Source of the DNA: a virus
Length of the DNA: 64,000 bases
Virus record (IMG/VR): IMGVR_UViG_3300039183_000005
Coordinates: 1-64,000 of that record
Strand: one strand, 5' to 3'
Below the pieces are notes generated by a model. That model made no database searches. It saw only the letters and a list, made by a program, of their open reading frames with translations, and was not told the DNA's origin. The stretch's first letter is position 1. Each line of letters begins with the position of its first letter. Positions 9,595-18,911 of this stretch are shown one piece after another. A program made the position numbers and the translations under genes.

Positions 9595-9898
9595 TAGAAT
9601 TTTCCATTCCTGTTTTATATATTGCTGGAATTATCCACGACGGATGGTTTATTGTTGTTTCGATTTTACAATTACATTGTTCCAACATAGCGTTGGCACT
9701 AGCCATCATAGCGATTGCTATTATAATTTTATTTTCTGGAACAGATGCCAATTTATCGTTTAACATAGCGGCAATACCAACGGTATTAACTAGTTCAAGC
9801 ATAACTTCTGGAGATAATTCCAGAATCATTTTAAATGTATTTGGTTCAACCGACAGTGGTATTGTTGTCATTTTTTTATCGCGATCTTTTTTAGTCAT
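9587..9898 (-). CDS. hypothetical protein
   Basis: ORF track; overlaps neighbours. Confidence 0.55.
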   Translation of the reverse strand: MTKKDRDKKMTTIPLSVEPNTFKMILELSPEVMLELVNTVGIAAMLNDKLASVPENKIIIAIAMMASANAMLEQCNCKIETTINHPSWIIPAIYKTGMENSNE

Positions 9899-10617
9899 AA
9901 ATTAAGATTTTCACTGAGTTTTTGGATACACGTAGTACTAATATCTATGCCTATAAAATTTCGGTTAGTGGCTATGGCGGCAAAAGCAGATGTCCCACTT
10001 CCGAAACATATATCTAAAACCGTTCCATTTTCAGGGCAGTGTCCGAGGATAATACGTTCTATTAATTTTTGATTGATTTGATTTGGGAACCATTTTCTTT
10101 TTTCTTTAAAGTTTCCACAGATACGAGGGAATTCCCAAACGTTTTGCGGAATTTTACCATCACTTGCTGCCCTAGAATCGTTGTATTTGATCTGTCTGTC
10201 TGATGCAATCTTAATATTTTCTGGTATTATAAATGGCGAATTTAACCACATAATGGGGCGATAACATAAACTATATTTTTCGTGGATTGATTGATCCATT
10301 CCAAAATTATAATGCCATAACAACCGTTGGATTAGTTTTATTCCAGTATTATGGACGGCATTTTCTACTTCTCGTGTCCATCGCTCATTGAATAGAAGAA
10401 ATACTGGACCATTTGTCAATGTTGACATTTTTTCTAACCAAATATTTATATTAGTTTCATACTCAAAATCTGGTATATTATCTTTGTAATCTGGATATTT
10501 TTGATTAAGGTTGTCCGGAATATCGGCTATAATTAAATCAATTTTTCCAATTTTTGATTTTGGTATATCTTCAAATTTGCCGTGTATTAATTTAATTTTT
10601 ATTGAATTTTTATCCAT
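9895..10617 (-). CDS. beta-class N6A/N4C DNA methyltransferase-like protein
   Basis: DLIIADIPDN (motif IV, atypical), NVWEFPR, VLDICFGSGTS...FIGID (motif I). Confidence 0.8.
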   Translation of the reverse strand: MDKNSIKIKLIHGKFEDIPKSKIGKIDLIIADIPDNLNQKYPDYKDNIPDFEYETNINIWLEKMSTLTNGPVFLLFNERWTREVENAVHNTGIKLIQRLLWHYNFGMDQSIHEKYSLCYRPIMWLNSPFIIPENIKIASDRQIKYNDSRAASDGKIPQNVWEFPRICGNFKEKRKWFPNQINQKLIERIILGHCPENGTVLDICFGSGTSAFAAIATNRNFIGIDISTTCIQKLSENLNL

Positions 10618-10762
10618 CGTTACAACAACCATTCCAATATTCATAATACATATTAAAATTTTCTATCCAAGTTTCGTCGCAGAATGTCTCACAGATATAA
10701 TCCCATGTACATTCATCAAAACAATCACAATTATTATCATTCGGAGAACTATTAATTAACAT
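10610..10762 (-). CDS. 50-aa acidic Cys/aromatic-rich peptide
   Basis: MLINSSPNDNNCDCFDECTWDYICETFCD...CCNDG; fills the gap and overlaps the MTase start. Confidence 0.4.
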   Translation of the reverse strand: MLINSSPNDNNCDCFDECTWDYICETFCDETWIENFNMYYEYWNGCCNDG

Positions 10763-10773
10763 TTTGTATATTT

Positions 10774-11058
10774 CTAGTCTAGTTTGACTATTCGTTTATT
10801 AGAGTGTCTTTTGGGTTTGGGTTGTGGATCGCCGTTTGGACGTTTCATCCGTATATTTATAGCATTCCATGCATTTTCGAAATCGGGTGGAGTACCGTGT
10901 GTGTCTTTTGGTATTCCATATTTTCTGAAATTGTCACAAGCTTTTTTGGCGAGTATCTCTGTTTTATATTCTCCGATTTTATCACCAGTATTAATATCAA
11001 TCACAGCCCATTGATGGACATATGGTAAAGTATTTTTTCTGACCACAAACCTTTCCAC
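10774..11058 (-). CDS. hypothetical protein
   Basis: First gene of the minus-strand block, directly after ACGTATAA at 11072-11065. Confidence 0.6.
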   Translation of the reverse strand: MERFVVRKNTLPYVHQWAVIDINTGDKIGEYKTEILAKKACDNFRKYGIPKDTHGTPPDFENAWNAINIRMKRPNGDPQPKPKRHSNKRIVKLD

Positions 11059-11064
11059 ACTCTA

Positions 11065-11183
11065 TTATACGTACGATCCATCGTTTTGTTCGAAAAAAAA
11101 TAAAAAAGTTTGAGCGCTTTTGTTCAAAATGTACTCTCTATATATATGGAGGGGGATTTTTATCGGACGTTAGTTGTGTATAA
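11065..11183. promoter_or_regulatory. divergent promoter region (ACGTATAA minus; GTGTATAA plus)
   Basis: Motifs at 11072-11065 (-) and 11176-11183 (+) between divergent gene blocks. Confidence 0.6.
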
Positions 11184-11200
11184 TTTTGAGGGTGGTAAAA

Positions 11201-11380
11201 ATGAGTGACAAGAAAACTAAGGTAGAATGTCGATTATTGACTCGCGGGACAAACAAAGTGAATGAAAAGGTAATTGATGATCTCAAAGTTCCCGATCCAG
11301 AATCTACAGAAGGTATGCGAGTACTCCAAGAGGAAATGGAAAAGGAATTAGAGAATGGATATAAGCGAAAAGATTCTTAA
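11201..11380 (+). CDS. hypothetical protein
   Basis: GAGGG SD, ATG 11201. Confidence 0.55.
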   Translation: MSDKKTKVECRLLTRGTNKVNEKVIDDLKVPDPESTEGMRVLQEEMEKELENGYKRKDS

Positions 11381-11900
11381 CGATGCATATCCGATAATAG
11401 AAAGACTTGCAAAATCGCGAAGTGCTAATGGCGCGTTTGCATATTATGAAAATAATGATGTTTATCAGGAAGTATGGGCAATGTGTCTTGATGCACTCGA
11501 AAGATATGATTCTGCCGTAGGTCCGATTGAAAATTATTTAGTTAGACATGTTACCAATCGTCTTAAAAATCTAAAGCGTGATAATTATTTTAGACCTGGA
11601 TTTGACATCCCTAGTTCTGGTCTGGCGAAAACAAGGATGAATTTGGTCAATGCTCTGCCACTTAGTGTAGGAGACATAGCAGAACGAGGTATTCTTATCG
11701 GGTCGACTACAATGAACATTAATCCAATTGATCATATTTTATGCGAAGAAACACTGGATTATATCAGAGAATATTTGCCAGAACATTTGAGTGATTCATT
11801 TGAGGATTTAATTAGTAATAATCGTATTCGCAATACAATTGTAGAAGAAATACGTCAGAGTGTTGCCGAAATTCTAAATGAGAGATCAGATAATGCCTAA
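11355..11900 (+). CDS. phage sigma70-like factor (region 2 present, region 4 reduced)
   Basis: DVYQEVWAMCLDALERYD...IENYLVRHVTNRLKNLKRD matches sigma region 2. Confidence 0.7.
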   Translation: MDISEKILNDAYPIIERLAKSRSANGAFAYYENNDVYQEVWAMCLDALERYDSAVGPIENYLVRHVTNRLKNLKRDNYFRPGFDIPSSGLAKTRMNLVNALPLSVGDIAERGILIGSTTMNINPIDHILCEETLDYIREYLPEHLSDSFEDLISNNRIRNTIVEEIRQSVAEILNERSDNA

Positions 11901-12804
11901 AATAAAAGGTAAGAGATTATCTTCTAATCCAAAAGCTTTGAAAATTCTTGCCGATTGTGTGAGGCAGGGTCTTTCTGATAAGAAAATTCAACAACGATTG
12001 GCCCAGGAATGTGGATATAAATGGACTTTAGATACCATTGGTAGGCGCAGAAGGGCTATGGGTGTTGTTAAGCAGTATGGCAAACAAATTGAAACAGATG
12101 TACTAGATGGTCCAATTTTAACAGTTCCACCACCAGGATTGTCAGATGTAGAAAAGGGACATTGGTTTCGAGATCAATTTAAGAAAACACATTTATATAA
12201 AACAATCAAGCGACAATTTGACCCAGAAGAAGTAGATATGTATATAGAAGATTTCGGTTTGTTATGTTGTCAATTTGAGGATATTGTTATAAGTGAATTT
12301 ATGCAAATTGATGATTTTCTTAAGCATCGAATTTTAGTTGATAGACAATTAATTCTATGTCGTTCGTTGCAGAGAGAAATAGCTGACCTACAAATGTGGT
12401 TTGTTTCTCATCCGAAACCAGAAGACGAGGACAAAGAAGCAACGCGATTTCGGATATCTCAACAAAGACAACTTGAAGATAAATATAGACATTTAAAAGC
12501 TATTAACGATCGCTACGATGCGTTAGTTAAAGAAAGACAAAAAATTTACAATAGTTTGGCTGCAACCAGGAAGGACAGACTTGATGAATTGCGCGGCGGA
12601 AAAGAAACATTTATGGAGTTGGTTAGTAGATTGCAGTATTCGCAAGACGAGAGAGAAAAGCAAGGACGTTTTGCTGAATTAACCAAGCTATCCGCCGAAG
12701 ACATAAAAAATGAATTTCGACATCCAGTAGAATTTCCAGATGGTAGCATTGATCCGATTATTATAGATTCAGAAACAGACTTTGCGGAGAACAATGATGA
12801 ATAA
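11893..12804 (+). CDS. HTH plus coiled-coil protein, possible terminase small subunit
   Basis: N-terminal HTH-like segment; helical body; upstream of TerL. Confidence 0.45.
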   Translation: MPKIKGKRLSSNPKALKILADCVRQGLSDKKIQQRLAQECGYKWTLDTIGRRRRAMGVVKQYGKQIETDVLDGPILTVPPPGLSDVEKGHWFRDQFKKTHLYKTIKRQFDPEEVDMYIEDFGLLCCQFEDIVISEFMQIDDFLKHRILVDRQLILCRSLQREIADLQMWFVSHPKPEDEDKEATRFRISQQRQLEDKYRHLKAINDRYDALVKERQKIYNSLAATRKDRLDELRGGKETFMELVSRLQYSQDEREKQGRFAELTKLSAEDIKNEFRHPVEFPDGSIDPIIIDSETDFAENNDE

Positions 12805-13906
12805 ATGTGCTTTGTATATACCACGTCCAGGTGGAACATCTAAAATGATACAAAGTGGTTATGTTGATGCACTACGACATTTAGGATGGAAAGTATATAT
12901 TGGTGATCCCAAAACAAAGCTGGGTTGCCGTAAGTTTATTGAGGAATATGGTGTACGACTAATTATGACTCATTCTAGATATGGGATGAGACAATTGCCT
13001 ATTGACGTAATTAACGCTAATCGGGTAGTTGTTTTTATAGAGGCTCTTCCTTTAAATGCGAACAATTTAACCATTGATGGTCCATACGAAATGGCGCACA
13101 GCGATGAACCAGATATTGTTAAGAATATTGAATCCGTTACGATGCACACCAGAATAGAGCCTCATCTGTGGACGAATTATATGTCTATTTGGGGTGAGAA
13201 TAATGTCAATATTTTACATCTCCCTGTCGCGGGGAACTTAGTTCGGGCTATTCCACCAACCTGCACCACCATGACTGACGTTGCTATGGTGGCCAATTTT
13301 TCACACAGACAAGGAATTATGCAACAAATGATAGAACCGCTATTTAAGAGACTTGATTTGTTGGGGCATTCATATCAGGCTTTTGGCGATGATATATGGG
13401 CTAGAGCAGGTTTACGCTATAATGGTCCACTTGATAGTGATGAAAACAGATTGGCCTATGTTTATGCGACGGCTCGCGTGTGTCCAAATGTACATACCGA
13501 ACAACAAGTTGGTCTTCAAGCCTGTGTTAATGAAAGATCATTTATGATTCCCCTGTGCGGTGGTGTGCAAGTATCTGACAATCCACTTGTATCAAAATAT
13601 TTGGGCAAGCATTGTGTCGTTGCTACTAGTGTAACAGATTTTATAAATAAAGTTATTAGCTTAGTCGAGGATCAGCCACAGCGTTTTGAAAAAATCCGGG
13701 CGAACGTTGAATATGTTGCTAATAACCATACATATTTTAATCGATTGGCGGACTTATTTAGGGCAGCCGGGCTACACGACCAGGCAGATTATGTAGTTGA
13801 CGAAGGACAGCGAGCAGCAGTTAGGCATTGCTGGGAAATCGATGCTAGATTAAGTGCTGAAGAAAGAGGGGTACCATATGAGTCGAACGTCATCGGAACA
13901 ACGTAG
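12794..13906 (+). CDS. GT-B glycosyltransferase (CgeB/Glyco_trans_1_2-like)
   Basis: YVDALRHLGW; FGDDIW; VYATARVCPNVH...VNERSFMIPLCGGVQVSD; HTYFNR. Confidence 0.75.
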   Translation: MMNKCALYIPRPGGTSKMIQSGYVDALRHLGWKVYIGDPKTKLGCRKFIEEYGVRLIMTHSRYGMRQLPIDVINANRVVVFIEALPLNANNLTIDGPYEMAHSDEPDIVKNIESVTMHTRIEPHLWTNYMSIWGENNVNILHLPVAGNLVRAIPPTCTTMTDVAMVANFSHRQGIMQQMIEPLFKRLDLLGHSYQAFGDDIWARAGLRYNGPLDSDENRLAYVYATARVCPNVHTEQQVGLQACVNERSFMIPLCGGVQVSDNPLVSKYLGKHCVVATSVTDFINKVISLVEDQPQRFEKIRANVEYVANNHTYFNRLADLFRAAGLHDQADYVVDEGQRAAVRHCWEIDARLSAEERGVPYESNVIGTT

Positions 13907-14150
13907 TTTAGGTAGACGAATCAATGGTATAACCATGCCGATTACATGCAAACGTACTAGATGGTGTCGGAACTGGCCATGTATGTGTGGAAGTGGGTTA
14001 AAGTATAAGAATTGTTGTCTGAAGGAAATACAGTCCTTAACAGAATCGGATGGTAATGCCAATGTTACTAAATTACCAGAAGATATTCAAAAAATGATTG
14101 ATACTCATCGCGAGGCAGAAAAAACTGGAGGCAAGAAAGAAAATGGATAA
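13878..14150 (+). CDS. SEC-C motif protein
   Basis: RNWPCMCGSGLKYKNCC. Confidence 0.85.
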   Translation: MSRTSSEQRSLGRRINGITMPITCKRTRWCRNWPCMCGSGLKYKNCCLKEIQSLTESDGNANVTKLPEDIQKMIDTHREAEKTGGKKENG

Positions 14151-16242
14151 AATAGCGTTGATCACAGGAGTAACTGGCCAAGATGGTAGTTACCTTTCAG
14201 AATTGTTATTGGAAAAAAAATATAAAGTTTATGGAATGATCAGAAGATCATCAGTAGATACTACCGAACGAATTAAACATATTTTAAATCATGAAAATTT
14301 TGAATTGATTGAGGGTGACGTTACTGATGCGTCATGTATGCACCGCTTGATATCTGGTATTAGACCTAATGAGGTTTATAATCTTGCAGCTCAAAGTCAT
14401 GTACAGACATCATTTGATCAGCCTATTCTTACTTATAATGTCAACGCAATTGGGTCGCTTAACATCCTGGAAGCCATTCGTCAAACATCTCCAACTACCA
14501 AATACTATCAAGCTTCAACCTCAGAGTTATTTGGTGATACCACCATATTTCCACAAAATGAAGATACTCCATTTAATCCAGCTTCTCCATATGGTATAGC
14601 GAAATTATCCGCCCATCATTTGACTAGTCTTTACCGTCGTGCCTATGGACTTTTTGCTTGTGCGGGGATTTTGTTTAACCACGAGTCAATTTTGAAAAAT
14701 GCACCAGTTATAATTAAAGATGGAAATGATTTGATAAATATTGTCCCTATTGAGGATATGTTTAGAACTGATAGTCATAAACATGAAGGATTATTAGACA
14801 AATATTGTGGTTTATCGGTTTGGGATGGAGAAAAATGGACAAAAATTTTGGGGGGTCATTGTTATCAGGATTGTAACAAAAGTGTTAAATTGGTTCAAAC
14901 CGTTGGTTCTTGCTATGAAGCAACAGATGATCATGTGACTTTTGATCAGAATAATAAAGAAATAAAGACGAAAGATTTAACGATTGGTCAGTCATTGAAA
15001 AAAATAGAATATCCCGAAACTGAAGATTTTTTAACAGGGAATTTAGATTTAATGCGATTTCTTGGTTTTGTCGTAGCAGAAGGCAGTATTGATAATCGTG
15101 GTCATATTAAGCTGACTGGCTGCGATAAGGAATTATTAGTACGAATGGCCGAATGTGTTTGTGGGCAATTTGGTTGGACATATCGACTAGAAACTCATGG
15201 ACCAGGTGGTTTCGTTACTAGCAAAAAAGATGTTTGGCAACTAAATATTCATAATGATTCAGCTTTTGGACAATGGATATATCAACATATTTACACTATT
15301 CGCTCTAAGGAGAAAAGGGTGCCGACATTCGTTCTTAATGCCAACAAAATGGTTTGTCAAGCATTTTTCGAAGGATATTACGAAGGAGATGGTCGAAAAG
15401 TAGGAAATGAACAATATAAATATAAAGGATGGACCACATCGTCGGCCACTCTTTGTCTTGGATTAATTTTAATCTTACAAAAAATTTCACCAAATCAAAT
15501 ACCTAAAGTAAAATGTGAATATAGGCAGAATAATGGAAAATCTGGAGGTAGATATTATTATTGTAGTTTGACAACCGATGATAAATTTAATACGAAAGGA
15601 AATTGTCACATTAAAAATAAGGCAGAAGTTATAAAGATTTTGAAAACCAAGTCTGATGATGGCTGGTTTTATGATCTTACTACTGAATCTAAAACTTTTG
15701 CGGTTGGTCCCAATTTGATTAAAATTCATAATAGCCCACGTCGTGGAGAAAATTTTGTTACCCGTAAAATTACAAAATATGTTGCTATGTTGAAAAAGTG
15801 GACAGAAGATTATGACAATGGAGGTAGATCGTATCTGCGACCAATTAAAGATGTTGATGTGCCACCATTGAGATTAGGCAATCTTGACGCAAAACGAGAT
15901 TGGAGTCATGCCAGGGATATGGTTAGGGGTATGTGGTTAATGTTGCAACAGTCTGAACCAGACGACTATGTTTTAGGTTCGGGAGAAACACATACAATAA
16001 GAGAATTTTTAGAAATTGCTTTTAATTTAATTAATTTGAATTATAATGATTATGTTGTAGTTGATCCAAAATTTTATCGTCCACTGGATGTAAATTTGTT
16101 GCATTCTAATCCGAGTAAAGCTAGACAAATTTTAGGGTGGAACAGAATCATTAGCTTCAATGAGTTGATAGAGGAAATGGTACAAAGCGATTATGAATTA
16201 CCGAAAAAGGATGTTTCATATGCCAAGACTAGTTCTTCCTAG
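14143..16242 (+). CDS. gmd: GDP-mannose 4,6-dehydratase containing an intein
   Basis: ALITGVTGQDGSYL, YNLAAQSHV, YQASTSELFG, SPYGIAK, LFNHE/SPRRGENFVTRKI, LGNLDAKRDW. Confidence 0.95.
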   Translation: MDKIALITGVTGQDGSYLSELLLEKKYKVYGMIRRSSVDTTERIKHILNHENFELIEGDVTDASCMHRLISGIRPNEVYNLAAQSHVQTSFDQPILTYNVNAIGSLNILEAIRQTSPTTKYYQASTSELFGDTTIFPQNEDTPFNPASPYGIAKLSAHHLTSLYRRAYGLFACAGILFNHESILKNAPVIIKDGNDLINIVPIEDMFRTDSHKHEGLLDKYCGLSVWDGEKWTKILGGHCYQDCNKSVKLVQTVGSCYEATDDHVTFDQNNKEIKTKDLTIGQSLKKIEYPETEDFLTGNLDLMRFLGFVVAEGSIDNRGHIKLTGCDKELLVRMAECVCGQFGWTYRLETHGPGGFVTSKKDVWQLNIHNDSAFGQWIYQHIYTIRSKEKRVPTFVLNANKMVCQAFFEGYYEGDGRKVGNEQYKYKGWTTSSATLCLGLILILQKISPNQIPKVKCEYRQNNGKSGGRYYYCSLTTDDKFNTKGNCHIKNKAEVIKILKTKSDDGWFYDLTTESKTFAVGPNLIKIHNSPRRGENFVTRKITKYVAMLKKWTEDYDNGGRSYLRPIKDVDVPPLRLGNLDAKRDWSHARDMVRGMWLMLQQSEPDDYVLGSGETHTIREFLEIAFNLINLNYNDYVVVDPKFYRPLDVNLLHSNPSKARQILGWNRIISFNELIEEMVQSDYELPKKDVSYAKTSSS
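14686..15732 (+). mobile_element. intein with LAGLIDADG endonuclease (349 aa) in gmd
   Basis: Interrupts NHE|SPRRG; begins SILKNAP; block B ATDDH; FLGFVVAEG and FFEGYYEGDG; block F FYDLTT; ends IHN/S. Confidence 0.92.
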
Positions 16243-16765
16243 TTATACAGTTGTTCGAGATACTAGAGAACAAAAGGGACATGGATGGTTTTTTGATGCC
16301 CATACTCCAGATCGTCGTCCTCCACGATGCGAAGGGACTATTGTTGAGACGATGCAGGTGGGTGATTATAGCCTGGTAGGATATACGGATATATTGGCTA
16401 TTGAAAGAAAGTTTGCATTTTCTGAATTATGGGGTAACTACAGCGCGAAGAAACGATCGGCATTTGAAAAAGAAATGGAAAAGATGTCACAGATGAAACA
16501 TGCTTATATCATTATTGAATCTTCTTTAACGCCGGATATTATGGAGTTATCTCCACCACAATTTGCCAAGGGAGTTCCTGGTAAGTCTTTAGTTAGATGG
16601 CTGATGTATTTAACCGCTAAATATGATGTTAAAATTATTCCCGCTGGTCAGTGTGGGTACAGAATAGCACAGATGATTTTTGAAGAAGTGGTTCGTGTTG
16701 AGAAGGACCGATGGATTTTCCAAGAATCTAAAAAGAAAGCAGGAGAAGATTGTCTTGGGTTCTAA
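16220..16765 (+). CDS. ERCC4-domain nuclease (probable resolvase)
   Basis: VVRDTREQ...GDYSL...IERK. Confidence 0.85.
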   Translation: MPRLVLPSYTVVRDTREQKGHGWFFDAHTPDRRPPRCEGTIVETMQVGDYSLVGYTDILAIERKFAFSELWGNYSAKKRSAFEKEMEKMSQMKHAYIIIESSLTPDIMELSPPQFAKGVPGKSLVRWLMYLTAKYDVKIIPAGQCGYRIAQMIFEEVVRVEKDRWIFQESKKKAGEDCLGF

Positions 16766-18851
16766 AGTAACATTAGACGAATTATTACATGGAGTACAGG
16801 GTAAATATGGATACCTTTTTCCGTATAGGGATCGTGTACCAACGGTTCGCAAACATATTTTTACAGATTTAAAACAATCGAAAGACCCACTCGATCAAGT
16901 TGTTATTAGGAATATGCTAAATATTGATTATATTGGATGGACAGCGAAAGTAATTTTAGGTTTAGATTTATTTCCTATTCAAATAGCAATTTTGCAAATG
17001 TTGTGGAATACACCATTTCCAATGTTGGTTGCGTGTCGCGGAGGCTCAAAGAGTTATATACTAGCCATTTATGCTGTTCTTAGGGCACTACTTGACCCAG
17101 GAACTAAAATTGTTATTATAGGTGCTGGTTTGCGACAGGCTAAGTTGGTATTCAATTACATCGATACTATTTGGAATAACGCACCTGTTCTTAGGAACAT
17201 AATAGGTGGAGGTAAACATGCTGGTCCAAGGCAAAGTGTAGATTTGTGTTATTTTAAAGTTGGGGATAGTATTATTTACGCTCTGCCTCTTGGTGATGGA
17301 CAAAAAATTCGCGGATTCAGGGCGAACGTAGTTTTGTGTGATGAGTTTGCTAGCGTACCCGAAGATATATTCGATATTGTTGTTAGGGGTTTTGCTGCTA
17401 CAGCCAAGACGCCAGTCGAGGAAGCTAAAAAAATAGATTTTGAAAAACAACTAGCCAAACTTAACCTGCCAATCGACATAAAACAAAAAATAGTTACTGA
17501 TGATGGCAAAATGCGTGGAAACCAAATCGTTTATTCTGGTACTGCATATTATGCATTTAATCATTTTGCTAAAAAATATGAAATGTGGAAAAAAATTATC
17601 CAAAGCAAGGGAGACCCAGATCAAGTGGCACAAATTTTTGGTGGAGATAATTTAATTCCGAACGAATTTGATTATAGAGATTATTCTATCGTCAGAATTC
17701 CACACACACATCTTCCAGAAGGTTTGTTAGATAAAAGACAACTAGCTCATGCAAAAGCGACATTACCTCGTAATATTTATCTTATGGAGTATTGTGGAAT
17801 TTTCGTTGCGGATTCGGACGGTTTTTTTCCTCGAAGTTTAATTGAAGGATGTACTGTCGGACCAAACAAACCAATAGATACTCCAGATGGTCCGGTTACA
17901 TTTACACCGTTAATGAGGGCTCGACCCAAATCGAAATATGTTATGGGTATTGACCCTGCTGCCGAAAGAGATAATCTTGCTATAACCATGACGGAAGTGT
18001 GGCCAAATCATTATCGTGTTGTGTATTGTTGGGCTGTAAATAAAAAGGAGTTTACACAAAGAAAGAAAAAAGGGCTAATTACGGATGATGATTATTATGC
18101 ATATTGTTGTACTAAGATTCGCGACATAGTTAGGTTATTTAATCCAGTTCGTATTGAGATGGATAGTCAGGGTGGTGGCTATGCTGTAGCGGAGATGCTT
18201 CGAAATAAAAAATTAATGAATATTGATGATGGAGATTTTCCAATTTATGAAGTTATAGATTTTAATGATCCTAAAGACACAGACGGTGAGACGGATGGTC
18301 GCCACATATTACATTTGGTGAAACAAAGTACCGAATACAATCAGGAAGCGAATATAGCCCTGCACAAGAGTCTTGAAACTAGAACTTTATTATTTCCAGC
18401 ATTTGATAGTGTTAAAATGTATGCTGCTATTGAAGCTGAAAAAGCTGCTGGTGTTATTTTTGATACGTATGAAGAAAATGTATTCAATTTGGAAGAATTA
18501 AAGAATGAGCTTTGTACAATTCAAATGAGCGAAACTGCAACGGGCAAGGAAAAGTTTGATACACCGCAAGTGATGAAACCTGGCGCTGTAGAAGGCAGGA
18601 CACGAAAGGGGAGATTACGTAAGGACCGCTATACAGCCCTTTTGCTATCACATAAGTATATCTACGATACCGATGTCGCTACACCAGATGGTATCGATTA
18701 TAATGATGTTCCTGGCAATATTGCAAAACGTGAGAAAGCGCCGAAAAACGAGGCTTTATATAGGGGCGCTGGGGTAGGACGTTTACGTAATAGTCAATAT
18801 TCTAGGTCTGGTAGTATTTATAAAGCCGTTAAAGGTGGCAAGATAATCTAG
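16755..18851 (+). CDS. terL: terminase large subunit
   Basis: Walker A ACRGGSKS, Walker B VVLCDE, nuclease MGIDPA...DRYTA; TTG start with AGGAG SD. Confidence 0.9.
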   Translation: MGSKVTLDELLHGVQGKYGYLFPYRDRVPTVRKHIFTDLKQSKDPLDQVVIRNMLNIDYIGWTAKVILGLDLFPIQIAILQMLWNTPFPMLVACRGGSKSYILAIYAVLRALLDPGTKIVIIGAGLRQAKLVFNYIDTIWNNAPVLRNIIGGGKHAGPRQSVDLCYFKVGDSIIYALPLGDGQKIRGFRANVVLCDEFASVPEDIFDIVVRGFAATAKTPVEEAKKIDFEKQLAKLNLPIDIKQKIVTDDGKMRGNQIVYSGTAYYAFNHFAKKYEMWKKIIQSKGDPDQVAQIFGGDNLIPNEFDYRDYSIVRIPHTHLPEGLLDKRQLAHAKATLPRNIYLMEYCGIFVADSDGFFPRSLIEGCTVGPNKPIDTPDGPVTFTPLMRARPKSKYVMGIDPAAERDNLAITMTEVWPNHYRVVYCWAVNKKEFTQRKKKGLITDDDYYAYCCTKIRDIVRLFNPVRIEMDSQGGGYAVAEMLRNKKLMNIDDGDFPIYEVIDFNDPKDTDGETDGRHILHLVKQSTEYNQEANIALHKSLETRTLLFPAFDSVKMYAAIEAEKAAGVIFDTYEENVFNLEELKNELCTIQMSETATGKEKFDTPQVMKPGAVEGRTRKGRLRKDRYTALLLSHKYIYDTDVATPDGIDYNDVPGNIAKREKAPKNEALYRGAGVGRLRNSQYSRSGSIYKAVKGGKII

Positions 18852-18859
18852 GTCTTGTG

Positions 18860-18867
18860 GTGTATAA
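18860..18867 (+). promoter_or_regulatory. GTGTATAA promoter motif upstream of portal
   Basis: Intergenic recurring motif. Confidence 0.6.
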
Positions 18868-18911
18868 TCAATAGAATTGTGGTTGAATAGTGATGCGATT
18901 GAGAGGTAGAA

